Positions 46,601-56,157 of a stretch of DNA of 64,000 nt are shown here, one piece after another. Origin of the DNA: a virus; the IMG/VR virus record IMGVR_UViG_3300042563_002299, positions 17,538 through 81,537 of that record; one strand, given 5' to 3'. A program made the translations under genes and the position numbers. The notes under the pieces were generated by a model that saw nothing but the letters and a program-made list of their open reading frames with translations, was not told where the DNA came from and did no database searches. The first letter of the stretch is position 1. The number at the start of each line of letters is the position of its first letter.

Positions 46601-49600
46601 TTTTGGATTGAGATTGATGGAATACCTTGAATGTAACTATTTTGTACTACGAATGCAGACACTGTTGATGGTGTTTGACCAACACCAATACTATAAAGTC
46701 CCACACCACCTGTGGTACCTGAAATTTGATTTAATATTGTGACATTACCATTTAATAACGGTCCATTGATGACGGATCCATTAGCTAATACATTACTATC
46801 AATAGAGTTTATTTGTAATGGTGGATTTTCAACACCAAAGCTAGATGTAAAACCGGAAACATTATTAACTATTTTATATAACCCATTTGAGTTTGTACTA
46901 CCACTAATTTGATTACCTATTTGTAATGTATACGGGAATGACGGACCATTAATTATCTGTAGATTTGATAACGCCGATAAACTGACATTTGACATCTGAG
47001 CAAAACTACCGATCGTAAATTGGAGTGGTGCTGTTGTTGTTGATAAAAATGATGGTGTTGTTGTATAAGTACCTGCTCCTCCCGCAGTACCTGAAACTTG
47101 TCCTGTCACCACTAAATTAACATTAACAGAAGGAATTGTAATTGTTGTTCCTACTTGTATTAAATTGTTTGTAATTGAATTCACAATTACTGTTGCCCCG
47201 TTACCACTACAATTACCGGTTACTTCAAAAACTGTTGTATTACCTGTTACTTCTTGTATTGTACAATTACCCCCCACTTGTGAAGATCCGCTAAACAATT
47301 TTAACCCTTGTAAAAAGACATTAAAGTCATCCACCAACTGTGGGTAGAACCCTGTATTAATATCAGTAAATGGTTGTGGTCCCGTTGTTGTTGTATCTAA
47401 TACCAAATTTCTTGGTGTTCCATCAATTACTAAGTCATAGTTTTTAGTTGCGGCTGAAGTTGCGGGATCCCAACTTTCAAGGTAATTAAAGTTTTTCCAA
47501 ACACTATCCAAATAATCAACACCAGTTTCTTTATATGTTTTATATCTATTCCAAATTGATCCGTACTTTAAAATCCAAGCGTATGGTAGTTTGTGTACCG
47601 CACCAAACTTTTTCATTGTAGATAATATATAACTAAGATCTGTAGTTGATTCTCCATTTTTGGTCACATACTTTTCTCTTAGCGTTGCCAAAGGCAAACT
47701 ATTTAAGAACAGGTAAGCGGCTGTCTTATATGGGTATAAATCATTTTGTTTGTACCTAAAGTTAAACACACCTTGTTGTACCGCATTTATAAAATACGGT
47801 GTATTCAACATGGATGTTGTTTGTGTATCGGTCAAATGATTAGTATATCCCGTGTACTTTAAATCGCCCTCAGTTACTAATTGATTTTTATACAATCTTG
47901 TATTATAGAAAGTCTTTAAATTTGTTGTATCAGGTGTTACCGATAAATTTTCAAAGTTAAAATACGTGTACGGTCTTTTTGTGGTTACGTTATCGTCGTT
48001 TTCAAAATTCGTAATGGTTTTATGTGTATCGTTATACTCCAACACATCTTTAGTATCAAACGCTTCATTAGCATTATTTAAACTTTTACCATTCGCCAAA
48101 TTATCCCTATCCCACTTTAAATCGGTAAGTGGGTACACATCCGTAAAATTAAATACATTACTACTAGATGATGAGGTTAAATATTTTTCTAAATTGGTAA
48201 GGTTTCTTGGGTTTGATAAAGAAACATTAGGTTGTGATTTAGTAGAAATTAAAATATCAGAATTGTAAATAACGCTTGGGTTTTCAACATCATTTCTAAT
48301 GTATGGCGTTACAAACGTTCCCCTTGCAAAAGTTTGCCAACTTTCACCTTGACCTTGATTTGATATGTGTCTTAAGAATGGTAAATAATTATTACTATCT
48401 AAAAGATATTCTTTTATTTTTTTAGATAAGAATGGGTTATCAACACCTAAACTCTTAATAACATTAACAGCTTCGTCATCCGCTTCCGCCTCATATATTG
48501 ATAGATCATAACCTGAAACTCTGTTTAATCTACTATAATAAGAATTCAACATTAACCTCTCATAAATCTCAAAGAAATATTTTGATTCCTCTTTGTTTTG
48601 GAACACCTCATTTGTAATTGGGAACTCAATCGCATTTAATGATGCTCTTGATGGTTGACTATCTAATTCATTAAATTCCGCGCCAGCCTTATCATCCGTT
48701 TTTTGACGTTCTATATAACCTTTAATAAATTGTTCAACAAATTCAACCTCAGGCCAAATCTCAGGACTGTATGCTCTATATGAAGATGCCACATTTTGTG
48801 CTCCAGGATAAATTATTTCAAATTTTTCTTTACCATCACCACCAACGGTTTCTTGAATTACTTGAGGCCAAGGATATATTGGTTCATTATTTTGTGTTGA
48901 AGATTTAATGTCAACACTTGGTGCTGTTGTTTGGTTACCAAATATCGCAGCTCTTCTATATTCATTTTCTCTTTGATCCCACGCCTTTTTATGGACCTCA
49001 TCCAACAATCTTAAAAACGCCTCACCCTGACAATAAAATACCGCTAATATGTTTCTAACAGACGGAACAAATCCAAGTCCACCACTACCTCTCGCATTAA
49101 ACTTTTCCGCCAAACTTGTTGTAATTTGTTGTTCTATTTGAGTTCTGAACTTTGCCGCTTGTTTTGACATTCCATCGGTAATCTCCATGAATGATTTAAT
49201 CCCCTCAAAATAATTAAACACACCATCGTTCGTTACATATATATTTTGTTGATTAAGAACGAAATTAGTGTATGCAGTATCAAATTTGGTTAACCCACTT
49301 TGTGGTGTTCCGGGAGGTGATAAAACACCCTTTGGCGCATTTTCTTGTGCCTGGAATGTTTTATTTAAATCAACTTGATCAGGATTAACTTTAACTCTTA
49401 TTGTTTTTGTTGTGATATCAAAAGGGATTTGAGTTTGTTCGGTTTTAGCTCCGATTGTATAACTACCCCCAACACCAAAAACTTTATTCTCATTTAATTT
49501 TGCGTTGTAGTCCTTCAATATACCATCCAATTCGGTTAAAGCGGTTTCTATTTTTTCTGCCGATAATTCTTTCTTAAATGTATAAACTTTCTGTCCACTT

Positions 49601-50721
49601 TTAAGTATGATTGGATTTTTAAAATCCATGTAAGTATTATACCAAGATGTTGTAAATAAAAATACTTTTTGTTGGTAACCAAGTAATAGGTTTGTATATT
49701 CAGTCATAGTTGTTAGAACACCCATATTTTCTTTGGTAAATTGTTCTAACACCTCATCAATAAATCTTTGTAATCTATATTTTAATTGATTAAGAGTTAT
49801 CTCAGGGAAATCATCAGGTATTAAACCTTTTGATTTGTAATTGGAGTATATCTCCTTCATCTTTTGATATCCCTTACTTACAACCGTTGGTGCGGTCGCT
49901 GTGGTTGCATTTGAGTTCGTACCTTGTTCAACAACAACCGGGGTTTGAGTTACCGTATTGTTATACATGTGTGGTACCGCCATTAACGCTCCAAAGTTCA
50001 CATAAGATAATAACGTATATTTGTAACCATAAAACTTCAAGTTGATAATGAAGTTATGGGTTGATGGATCAAACTTAGATGTGAATGATTGTAACATTAT
50101 TGGGAACTTAATCGCTTTACCGTAATACCCTTTTAATGTCAATGTAAATTGAGGGTATGGTAATTGGAAGAACGCAGAGTATGGTGAATTATTTCCACCT
50201 TCAAATAACGCTCTACCTTTTACGTCTTCAAGTTCAACAGTAATTACCGGTAAAAAATCTAAACCAATTGATACGTTAACACTTCTCATCCCTAAAAACC
50301 CATTATCAACAGCACCCGGTGTTCCGTTTGAGTTTAAATTTTGGGTAATATAATAATCATCAGACTTATTTGGGTTTTTAACCGCAGTCTGATTGATTTG
50401 ATTAACCCCCTTACCTTGTAAAGTATCCTTACCGGTGATCTCATCAGACCAAGCGGTATCCATAAATGTTTTGTTACCAGGATTTAAGAAATTAATCTTA
50501 CCAACAGAGATTGTTCTTTGTTGATCGTTCATTGCGGAACCTACCGCCAATTTTGTTCTTGGTAATACATTACACTCAAGATTTGCGTAGTATACCAAAT
50601 CTTCTTGTTTAACTAGTCTTTCTGTGATATTACCTTCTTGGTCTATTAACTTGTTTGGATCAATAAGGGTAATGTTGTCATAATCAAACTCAACTAATAT
50701 ATTTTCCCCGTTATCTGCCAT
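43633..50721 (-). CDS. Giant (2362 aa) baseplate hub protein, gp27/late-control-D-like fold with very large insertions
   Basis: N-term beta-barrel pattern (VITVELED...LTLKGYYG...INLKFYG); C-term MMGDALIQP...SGPYMITKVSHSVSENGFETQFEG; follows LysM gene. Confidence 0.65.
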   Translation of the reverse strand: MADNGENILVEFDYDNITLIDPNKLIDQEGNITERLVKQEDLVYYANLECNVLPRTKLAVGSAMNDQQRTISVGKINFLNPGNKTFMDTAWSDEITGKDTLQGKGVNQINQTAVKNPNKSDDYYITQNLNSNGTPGAVDNGFLGMRSVNVSIGLDFLPVITVELEDVKGRALFEGGNNSPYSAFFQLPYPQFTLTLKGYYGKAIKFPIMLQSFTSKFDPSTHNFIINLKFYGYKYTLLSYVNFGALMAVPHMYNNTVTQTPVVVEQGTNSNATTATAPTVVSKGYQKMKEIYSNYKSKGLIPDDFPEITLNQLKYRLQRFIDEVLEQFTKENMGVLTTMTEYTNLLLGYQQKVFLFTTSWYNTYMDFKNPIILKSGQKVYTFKKELSAEKIETALTELDGILKDYNAKLNENKVFGVGGSYTIGAKTEQTQIPFDITTKTIRVKVNPDQVDLNKTFQAQENAPKGVLSPPGTPQSGLTKFDTAYTNFVLNQQNIYVTNDGVFNYFEGIKSFMEITDGMSKQAAKFRTQIEQQITTSLAEKFNARGSGGLGFVPSVRNILAVFYCQGEAFLRLLDEVHKKAWDQRENEYRRAAIFGNQTTAPSVDIKSSTQNNEPIYPWPQVIQETVGGDGKEKFEIIYPGAQNVASSYRAYSPEIWPEVEFVEQFIKGYIERQKTDDKAGAEFNELDSQPSRASLNAIEFPITNEVFQNKEESKYFFEIYERLMLNSYYSRLNRVSGYDLSIYEAEADDEAVNVIKSLGVDNPFLSKKIKEYLLDSNNYLPFLRHISNQGQGESWQTFARGTFVTPYIRNDVENPSVIYNSDILISTKSQPNVSLSNPRNLTNLEKYLTSSSSSNVFNFTDVYPLTDLKWDRDNLANGKSLNNANEAFDTKDVLEYNDTHKTITNFENDDNVTTKRPYTYFNFENLSVTPDTTNLKTFYNTRLYKNQLVTEGDLKYTGYTNHLTDTQTTSMLNTPYFINAVQQGVFNFRYKQNDLYPYKTAAYLFLNSLPLATLREKYVTKNGESTTDLSYILSTMKKFGAVHKLPYAWILKYGSIWNRYKTYKETGVDYLDSVWKNFNYLESWDPATSAATKNYDLVIDGTPRNLVLDTTTTGPQPFTDINTGFYPQLVDDFNVFLQGLKLFSGSSQVGGNCTIQEVTGNTTVFEVTGNCSGNGATVIVNSITNNLIQVGTTITIPSVNVNLVVTGQVSGTAGGAGTYTTTPSFLSTTTAPLQFTIGSFAQMSNVSLSALSNLQIINGPSFPYTLQIGNQISGSTNSNGLYKIVNNVSGFTSSFGVENPPLQINSIDSNVLANGSVINGPLLNGNVTILNQISGTTGGVGLYSIGVGQTPSTVSAFVVQNSYIQGIPSISIQNNLDSGRLIMMNTTNSTIYETPGFDLSSPSRTMRVSPWSVVVSSSTEPNFCYVMPSFGTNINQTKDEAFKNGTMRDELSGNNAMFNGSVRLFWNAPQYGWFDNSKVVKNDPETYLKKILNEQKDQQNFIISGEKSDYTNFQELFTTFNIKTLDYFESEFLNFGRSIYDFVDTLPTSQSTTDLSISKKDPQGASVNDTIESELSEQTFKNFQTLARQLFKVSVPTGTSPETKLSSLITNQNETFQNILSSFMNYDVVFKYGNPSEFNKRLFYTFSTRFIEDPIIYGSYFPGSLPTQGGGVTLAQSKQQNPKTWEALEFYVGKSSIPKLVYTDNGSYITDFFVDLNVLFNEKNVEEFAPLIKIYATQKLANPNLNLTTFYGLMDDYITESDNYINNVLNVMLPSVRKQIPNVFITGDDAANRAPLEAGFTEQTRTELWETFKALNDSWIAGFDFESKTLFEDVMLVDRASRNVGDKVLVDIFQIMDLIDGAQYKNTLLDMVTTILVQNNFQHFMLPAYVNFYNVQDAQKNPTPRPDGSLEFGNTLFGTFLNVDYRNSSPKFLCYYVNKPSEHLDMKDNIDYRYRDDAFDLRRASDNPLIENQIDKQDWAKSNKVVGFNVDMTRQNQQIFKSFSVAQDPGKPTSESLEMLNQMANLGQNRRSTTQSVSLYNLYKNRSYTCSVDMMGDALIQPMMYFNIRNIPMFSGPYMITKVSHSVSENGFETQFEGTRQPFYSLPRIDNFVQTLNVQILSTIQSKIQERETKLREGSDNIQFQRNNVLANIQSQETLTKNQDCQTNVNPNYFQYTAIDNPTETSQTTKELFNTIVDVLKSNNVGDITGTTFQIYANILFTFIYVDTGNSSKITGYENNYSTINLKELYGPSFVTYINKKFYCVKRGNDNNLPVASFTSFRSFVEFAFNRIANILGSIESDIKLGLSTEQTYAKQYVLNYPINQPPNVYTSLVETNEIKLIESEFVKAINVFKSVQTFTTN

Positions 50722-51034
50722 AGTAAAAAAAGTAATTATCTAATGAATTTTTATAATCCTGTAATGAAGCTACTAACGGAAATGGAATTGTCAATACAGC
50801 ACCATCAGGTATTGAGAATTCGTCACCAGAATATTGTGGATTTGCTTGTAATACCAACCACCCAAAATAAGGTGTTCCGTAGAATTGTTGGGAAACTTTA
50901 TCCAACCTAGATTGTGCAACTTTATAAATGTAGTTTTTGTCAGATGTCTTATTTGGTAATGCAACACCAGGTACAACGGTCTGTTGTCCGTTGATCAGAA
51001 AATCTGTATACCTATTCCAATATTGTAATGCCAT
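50711..51034 (-). CDS. LysM-like baseplate wedge protein (T4 gp53 / tail X-like)
   Basis: SRLDKVSQQFYGTPYFGWLVLQANP...IPDGAVLTIP. Confidence 0.8.
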   Translation of the reverse strand: MALQYWNRYTDFLINGQQTVVPGVALPNKTSDKNYIYKVAQSRLDKVSQQFYGTPYFGWLVLQANPQYSGDEFSIPDGAVLTIPFPLVASLQDYKNSLDNYFFYYGR

Positions 51035-51035
51035 A

Positions 51036-54000
51036 TTAGTTAAATGTTACTTTCCCGTTGAAGGTGTCTTTTTTATTATTCAAGTTATTATTTGAGTATA
51101 AGTCTTGTATTTTTAAATTTTTAAGCTGAACGTCTTGTGTTACATCAGTTGTATATTGACAAATCTTAACAGTATTATCGGGTAATGTGAATGTTGTAAC
51201 CTCTTTATAAATCGGATTACCTTTCACTTCCGCAAATAATTCACCAAAGCTTGCGTTAATTTTTGTGGTATCCGCACCATACCCTTCACATACTTTTTTA
51301 ATTTCACTTACCAAAGCAGGGTTTGATTTTATCTCATCACCACTTGTCAATTCATTAATGGTTGATGTTAATAAATCTGATTTTGTAAACAACGGTGACA
51401 TTGCAATATAAAATCTATTATAAGCACACTCTACAAACAATGGTGTATTTTTCAAATTAAAAGTACAACCATTACCATTTTCTATTGTAGAAGAATTAGG
51501 TTTGAAATTTTCAGTTAATATTTGTGATCCTGTTAATAAGTCTTCAAATTTATTTATAGCCTCAGGTACTTTCACCGTAAATACATTAGATATTGACCCC
51601 TCAGTAGTAGCCGGCGCAAAAAATGTATCACCACTTAAATCATAAAGTTGTGGTGTATTATTGGTATTTAATTCACCATCTAATTTAGATGACACAACAT
51701 CTAATTGTCTAAAAATATTATTTAATTCAGTAGTGTTTTGAATTAGGTTAGTTGTGGTACCGTTTAACACGTCCAATATCGCACCTTGTCTTTGATCAAC
51801 AAGAAGGTTTAGTTTGTCTTTTAATTCCCTTTTTTGTTTGTTAGTTACATTAGGATAATTTTCAAAGACTTTATAAGTAATCGGGTCACTACCGTCATCA
51901 ACATCTTTTTTAACCTTCTTAATTAAATTTTCAACAAAATCTTGATATTTGTTATTTTTACCAAATAGTGTTGTTTCTTTTTTATCTTGAGTGTATTCTG
52001 AAACAACCCCTTTTGTGTATGACCTATCTCTCAAATACAATTGTAATATACCGTAATTGTAGTCAGTGTTAATCTTCTCTAATGTATCGTAGTATGTTGT
52101 TAAATAACCCCTTAAACCATCTTGTAATGATGTTAATACAGGCGCATAATCCATATCGGTCGCATTTGCAATAACCCCAACAGTACTTCCACCTTTTTTA
52201 GGTTGTATATTATTCACTTGTGCCTGTTGTTGTGTAGTTGCAGGTGGTAATCCTCCTGTTATTTTTTCAACAATATATTGATCTAATTTACTCGTATCTT
52301 CGGTAGGTGTCGCTCTTTCATCATAAATCTCAGTATTAGCGTAGTAATTAAATGAAAGCGCATTTTGTAATTCCTGTACGGGTTCTTTAATACCCATACC
52401 TCCAATTATGTTAAAACTTAAACTTATCTTAGCCAACATTGGTTGTACCCCAATACCTTCTGGATTCATATCCAACGTTAATGGATCATAAGTAATACCT
52501 AAACTTGTTGGTACTATTTTAGTATTATAGAAGTCACCAACCCTTAACACTAATATTGGTGGTGCTCCGAATGACGTATTTAATGCGTCATTGTATTTTG
52601 GTCTCCCATCAGGACCGATAATAGGTATTGTTTGACCTGGTCTCGTACACTGTTGTAAGAATGTTAATCTAGCATTCAAACCTTCAGGTGTCATCGAGTG
52701 GAAAGCCGGACTAAAGAATTTTATCTTATCTTTAATCGTATCGTAAATCATAGGATCCGTTTCTTTAATAACTTGGAAATAATCACATTCCGTAAATAAG
52801 TTTCTTAAAATCTTCTTGGATATACCTTCTTTGATTTTTTGTTCTATCGTTATTTTTGGTTCAGGTTTAACACTTTGGGTTGTCGATGTAAGTATGTTTT
52901 GTGGGTTTGGTGTTTCATCACCATCTGTTTCCGGTATATCATTAGGTTTATCCTCAACCTTTTCAGGTGGTATCGTTGCGACGATTTTTTGAATTGAAAC
53001 TCGTCTACAAGCCATTGCAGGAATACTATACCATTGAGCTTCATTTGGTGTGGTTTGATCAGGAATAACTTGCCCCTGAGCGTTTAATGCGACGATGTCA
53101 TCAGTACAATTAACTTGAGCGGATAAAATACTACCACCTGTTGATGTAGTAACAGACACATCGGTAGGATCCGCAGTTGCATCAGCTTCTTTTTGTGTTT
53201 TAGGTATCACCAATTGTTCACCCGAACCTTTAAAGGTCATGGTAAACTTTTGGGAGTCAGCATATTTTTGTATAGTATCTCCGTTAGATAATTTATATTC
53301 TAACATCCATTTTTTAACAGAGTCGTTTCTTCTTTCGGATAGTTTTTGATTATATGAAACTTTTGCAGGTGCCGATGCGGATCCAATCATATCAATTGTG
53401 ATTGATCCCCCTTTTAATAAAATTTCATCAATTTCTTTCATCAACCCACTTTGTATGTAATTAAAGTTTCCTGTAATCACATCACTAAAAAACTGAGGAA
53501 TTCCACCCTTTTGGAACTGTTGTCCTCCTGATGATACGGTTGCCGGTGCCTCTGTTTGATATGTCGTATTTTCTAATGCAATATAAGAATTGTAGTAAAC
53601 GTTAAACGGTGACGCGGCTACTGACCCAGGATTTCCTTTTGGGATATCATTTTCAAAATAGAATCCATATCCAACATATTTGTTAAGATCAACGTCAGTT
53701 GGTTTTGTGTTTTCCGCAGTTTGAGTACCGGTTCCGGTAGTACCAGGATTACCATTGGCACCGGTTGATTTGTTTGGTTGATCGGTACCTTGTTCTTGAG
53801 GAATACTTTCGAATACTTGTATTTGTTCTTCTGTTGTTAATCTTGGGTTGTTTAATATTTGTTGGTACGTAAATAAATCCTTTGTTGGTATCATATTAAA
53901 TTTGATAGCCAAATCATATAAATCATATTTAGTACATCCCGCAAAGAAAGAGTCAACAACACTTTGAACTCGGTCTTTTGATACTCCGTTCATTTGTTTT

Positions 54001-56111
54001 TCAATGATTGTATTTAACATTGCAGGATTATCAACAATAATCGTCCAACTTAATTGACCTGTTCTACTCGTATTTTTATAGGTATAGATTGGTTCAGGTC
54101 TACCCATAAAGAAAGTGGAGTTAAAGTCTGGTTTTGAGTCATCAGAGAATTTTAAATCATAAGGTGGAAACCACATAATTCTACCACCATTAGGTCCTTT
54201 TTCACATACAGGTAAATCATCATAAGTATAACCCGGTCTGTCTGAAGTTCTCCAAGCTAAATTCTCAATAGAGAACATATACTTCTTAACCTTTCCATCA
54301 ACAATGTTAGTTGATCCAGGGTTTCTTAATGGTGCAATGTTTAGGTTGTATGTATTATCTAAAATTGAATAATCTACTCTTCTACCTGATGTTGTAATAC
54401 CGTCAGATTTTTGTAAGTCAGCATAGGTATAATATGGAGTATCTTTTTGGAATACTCGACAATATTCAAGTCCAGCTTGTGTTCCATCTGCTTGATTAAC
54501 ATACGACAGAACCATAGACCCTTTGGTCATTTCTTTATACCCGTCATTGAATACTTTCGATACTTGGTTGATCGCATTACCAACATGTTTTAATCTTGCT
54601 TGACCTTGCACTTGATCCGCTGAATCTACTAATCTTTGTGTTTCATAAAGAATAGACCCCGGTCTAAATGGAATATCTATTGATTGATATCTTAAATAGT
54701 CGGCAGATATCTGATTAAAATCATCATCTAAACTACCCGCACCACCACCTTTAGTTGCCCTAAATCCGGCATTATCTTTATATTTAGGTGATGTCCAAAT
54801 TAATTGACCTGACGTACCACCACCATCACTATACGCTCTACCTTTTAAACCAAAATTAATCGACTCTTCATTTCCTTCATATAAAATACCAAGAGCGTCA
54901 GGTCCATATACGATACTTTGTTGTTGAACTCCGAACTGATTAACGGGTAATTGGTTTGGTGGTCCGTCAATTTGTGCTGGTTCTGAAGTTTCACTACCAA
55001 CATAATACCCTGAAGATTGTTGTTTATCTTGATTAAATAATCTATTAACCGCAGCAGATGCTCCAGCTATTAAACCACCAATAATACCACGATTGTACGC
55101 CGGTCTATAAAGGTTATAATCTAATGATGAAAACAAAGCCGATCTTTGTCCATTACCTGTATTTGCAACAAAAACCTCAGAAGGATTTCTATACTTATTT
55201 AGTATAGGTGCTAATAATCCACCTGTTAGATTGTTTGCAACTCCAAGTGCCGCTTCCGCTTGTGGTCCATTTATCGGATTATCATCATCAAAGTAATCAC
55301 CAGGAATAAATGAAACGGGGAAGTATGTACCTGATAATCTGTTTGCCAAAGATACGGTTGCTAAAACAGGATTTTCGGGAACTGTAATTTTCCAATTTCT
55401 AATAAAGAATGGTTGTTGTCCTGTCGCTAATAAACTCGCAGAAAAAGGATCACTAATAGTATCAAGGTTTATTACCCCAACAGTTGCCTGTTCTAATTCT
55501 TGAGCAACTCTTTCGTTAAATGCAAATTTTAATTGTGATGCACCAATTTTAGCTAAGAAACTATCCGAAGATAAAGGTCCGTTTGAACCTAATGGGTCGT
55601 CTTGGAATACAATATTGAATGTTGGGTATGATGAATAACTATAATATCCAGGATCCCAATATGGTTGATATATATTACCCGCATTCTGTATATCGGTAAT
55701 AATAACTAAATCTTTATAACCACCGCTAGGTCCCCACTTATTAGTCACATATGCGGACTCAATAAAGAATTCGTTAATAACATCTAAAACAGTATCATTT
55801 GGATCGTAAGGTCCTTGATTTGTACCTTCGGGGTTGTTTGTCGAAGCAACTGAATTAATCCCTATAGGGTTACTAAATCCACCTTCAGGTCCGTATTCAT
55901 TCAAAGGATATAAATCCTGAGCAAATAAATTTGTTGATACGTAATTGTTTGGTGAGTCGATAACATTATTAACAGAAAGCACCGTTTCATAATCAACAGG
56001 GTTACCAGGTGATGTGTAGGTTCCAGGAACATTATATGGTGTTAAGTTTTTAACTAATAATTGTTTCCTAAAAGCTGCAGAATTACCAAACGATAAAAAA
56101 CTTTCAGACAT
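51036..56111 (-). CDS. Tail tube-initiator-like protein (1691 aa) with inserted OmpA-like domain
   Basis: FMGRPEPIYTYKNTSRT...W and APPILVLRVGDFY...PMLAKISLSF tube-fold halves; GSAS...YNQKLSERRNDSV OmpA-like motif between them. Confidence 0.65.
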   Translation of the reverse strand: MSESFLSFGNSAAFRKQLLVKNLTPYNVPGTYTSPGNPVDYETVLSVNNVIDSPNNYVSTNLFAQDLYPLNEYGPEGGFSNPIGINSVASTNNPEGTNQGPYDPNDTVLDVINEFFIESAYVTNKWGPSGGYKDLVIITDIQNAGNIYQPYWDPGYYSYSSYPTFNIVFQDDPLGSNGPLSSDSFLAKIGASQLKFAFNERVAQELEQATVGVINLDTISDPFSASLLATGQQPFFIRNWKITVPENPVLATVSLANRLSGTYFPVSFIPGDYFDDDNPINGPQAEAALGVANNLTGGLLAPILNKYRNPSEVFVANTGNGQRSALFSSLDYNLYRPAYNRGIIGGLIAGASAAVNRLFNQDKQQSSGYYVGSETSEPAQIDGPPNQLPVNQFGVQQQSIVYGPDALGILYEGNEESINFGLKGRAYSDGGGTSGQLIWTSPKYKDNAGFRATKGGGAGSLDDDFNQISADYLRYQSIDIPFRPGSILYETQRLVDSADQVQGQARLKHVGNAINQVSKVFNDGYKEMTKGSMVLSYVNQADGTQAGLEYCRVFQKDTPYYTYADLQKSDGITTSGRRVDYSILDNTYNLNIAPLRNPGSTNIVDGKVKKYMFSIENLAWRTSDRPGYTYDDLPVCEKGPNGGRIMWFPPYDLKFSDDSKPDFNSTFFMGRPEPIYTYKNTSRTGQLSWTIIVDNPAMLNTIIEKQMNGVSKDRVQSVVDSFFAGCTKYDLYDLAIKFNMIPTKDLFTYQQILNNPRLTTEEQIQVFESIPQEQGTDQPNKSTGANGNPGTTGTGTQTAENTKPTDVDLNKYVGYGFYFENDIPKGNPGSVAASPFNVYYNSYIALENTTYQTEAPATVSSGGQQFQKGGIPQFFSDVITGNFNYIQSGLMKEIDEILLKGGSITIDMIGSASAPAKVSYNQKLSERRNDSVKKWMLEYKLSNGDTIQKYADSQKFTMTFKGSGEQLVIPKTQKEADATADPTDVSVTTSTGGSILSAQVNCTDDIVALNAQGQVIPDQTTPNEAQWYSIPAMACRRVSIQKIVATIPPEKVEDKPNDIPETDGDETPNPQNILTSTTQSVKPEPKITIEQKIKEGISKKILRNLFTECDYFQVIKETDPMIYDTIKDKIKFFSPAFHSMTPEGLNARLTFLQQCTRPGQTIPIIGPDGRPKYNDALNTSFGAPPILVLRVGDFYNTKIVPTSLGITYDPLTLDMNPEGIGVQPMLAKISLSFNIIGGMGIKEPVQELQNALSFNYYANTEIYDERATPTEDTSKLDQYIVEKITGGLPPATTQQQAQVNNIQPKKGGSTVGVIANATDMDYAPVLTSLQDGLRGYLTTYYDTLEKINTDYNYGILQLYLRDRSYTKGVVSEYTQDKKETTLFGKNNKYQDFVENLIKKVKKDVDDGSDPITYKVFENYPNVTNKQKRELKDKLNLLVDQRQGAILDVLNGTTTNLIQNTTELNNIFRQLDVVSSKLDGELNTNNTPQLYDLSGDTFFAPATTEGSISNVFTVKVPEAINKFEDLLTGSQILTENFKPNSSTIENGNGCTFNLKNTPLFVECAYNRFYIAMSPLFTKSDLLTSTINELTSGDEIKSNPALVSEIKKVCEGYGADTTKINASFGELFAEVKGNPIYKEVTTFTLPDNTVKICQYTTDVTQDVQLKNLKIQDLYSNNNLNNKKDTFNGKVTFN

Positions 56112-56157
56112 ATTGTTTTATTTTATAAATAGAGGTTTGGTATATTTTTTATCACCA

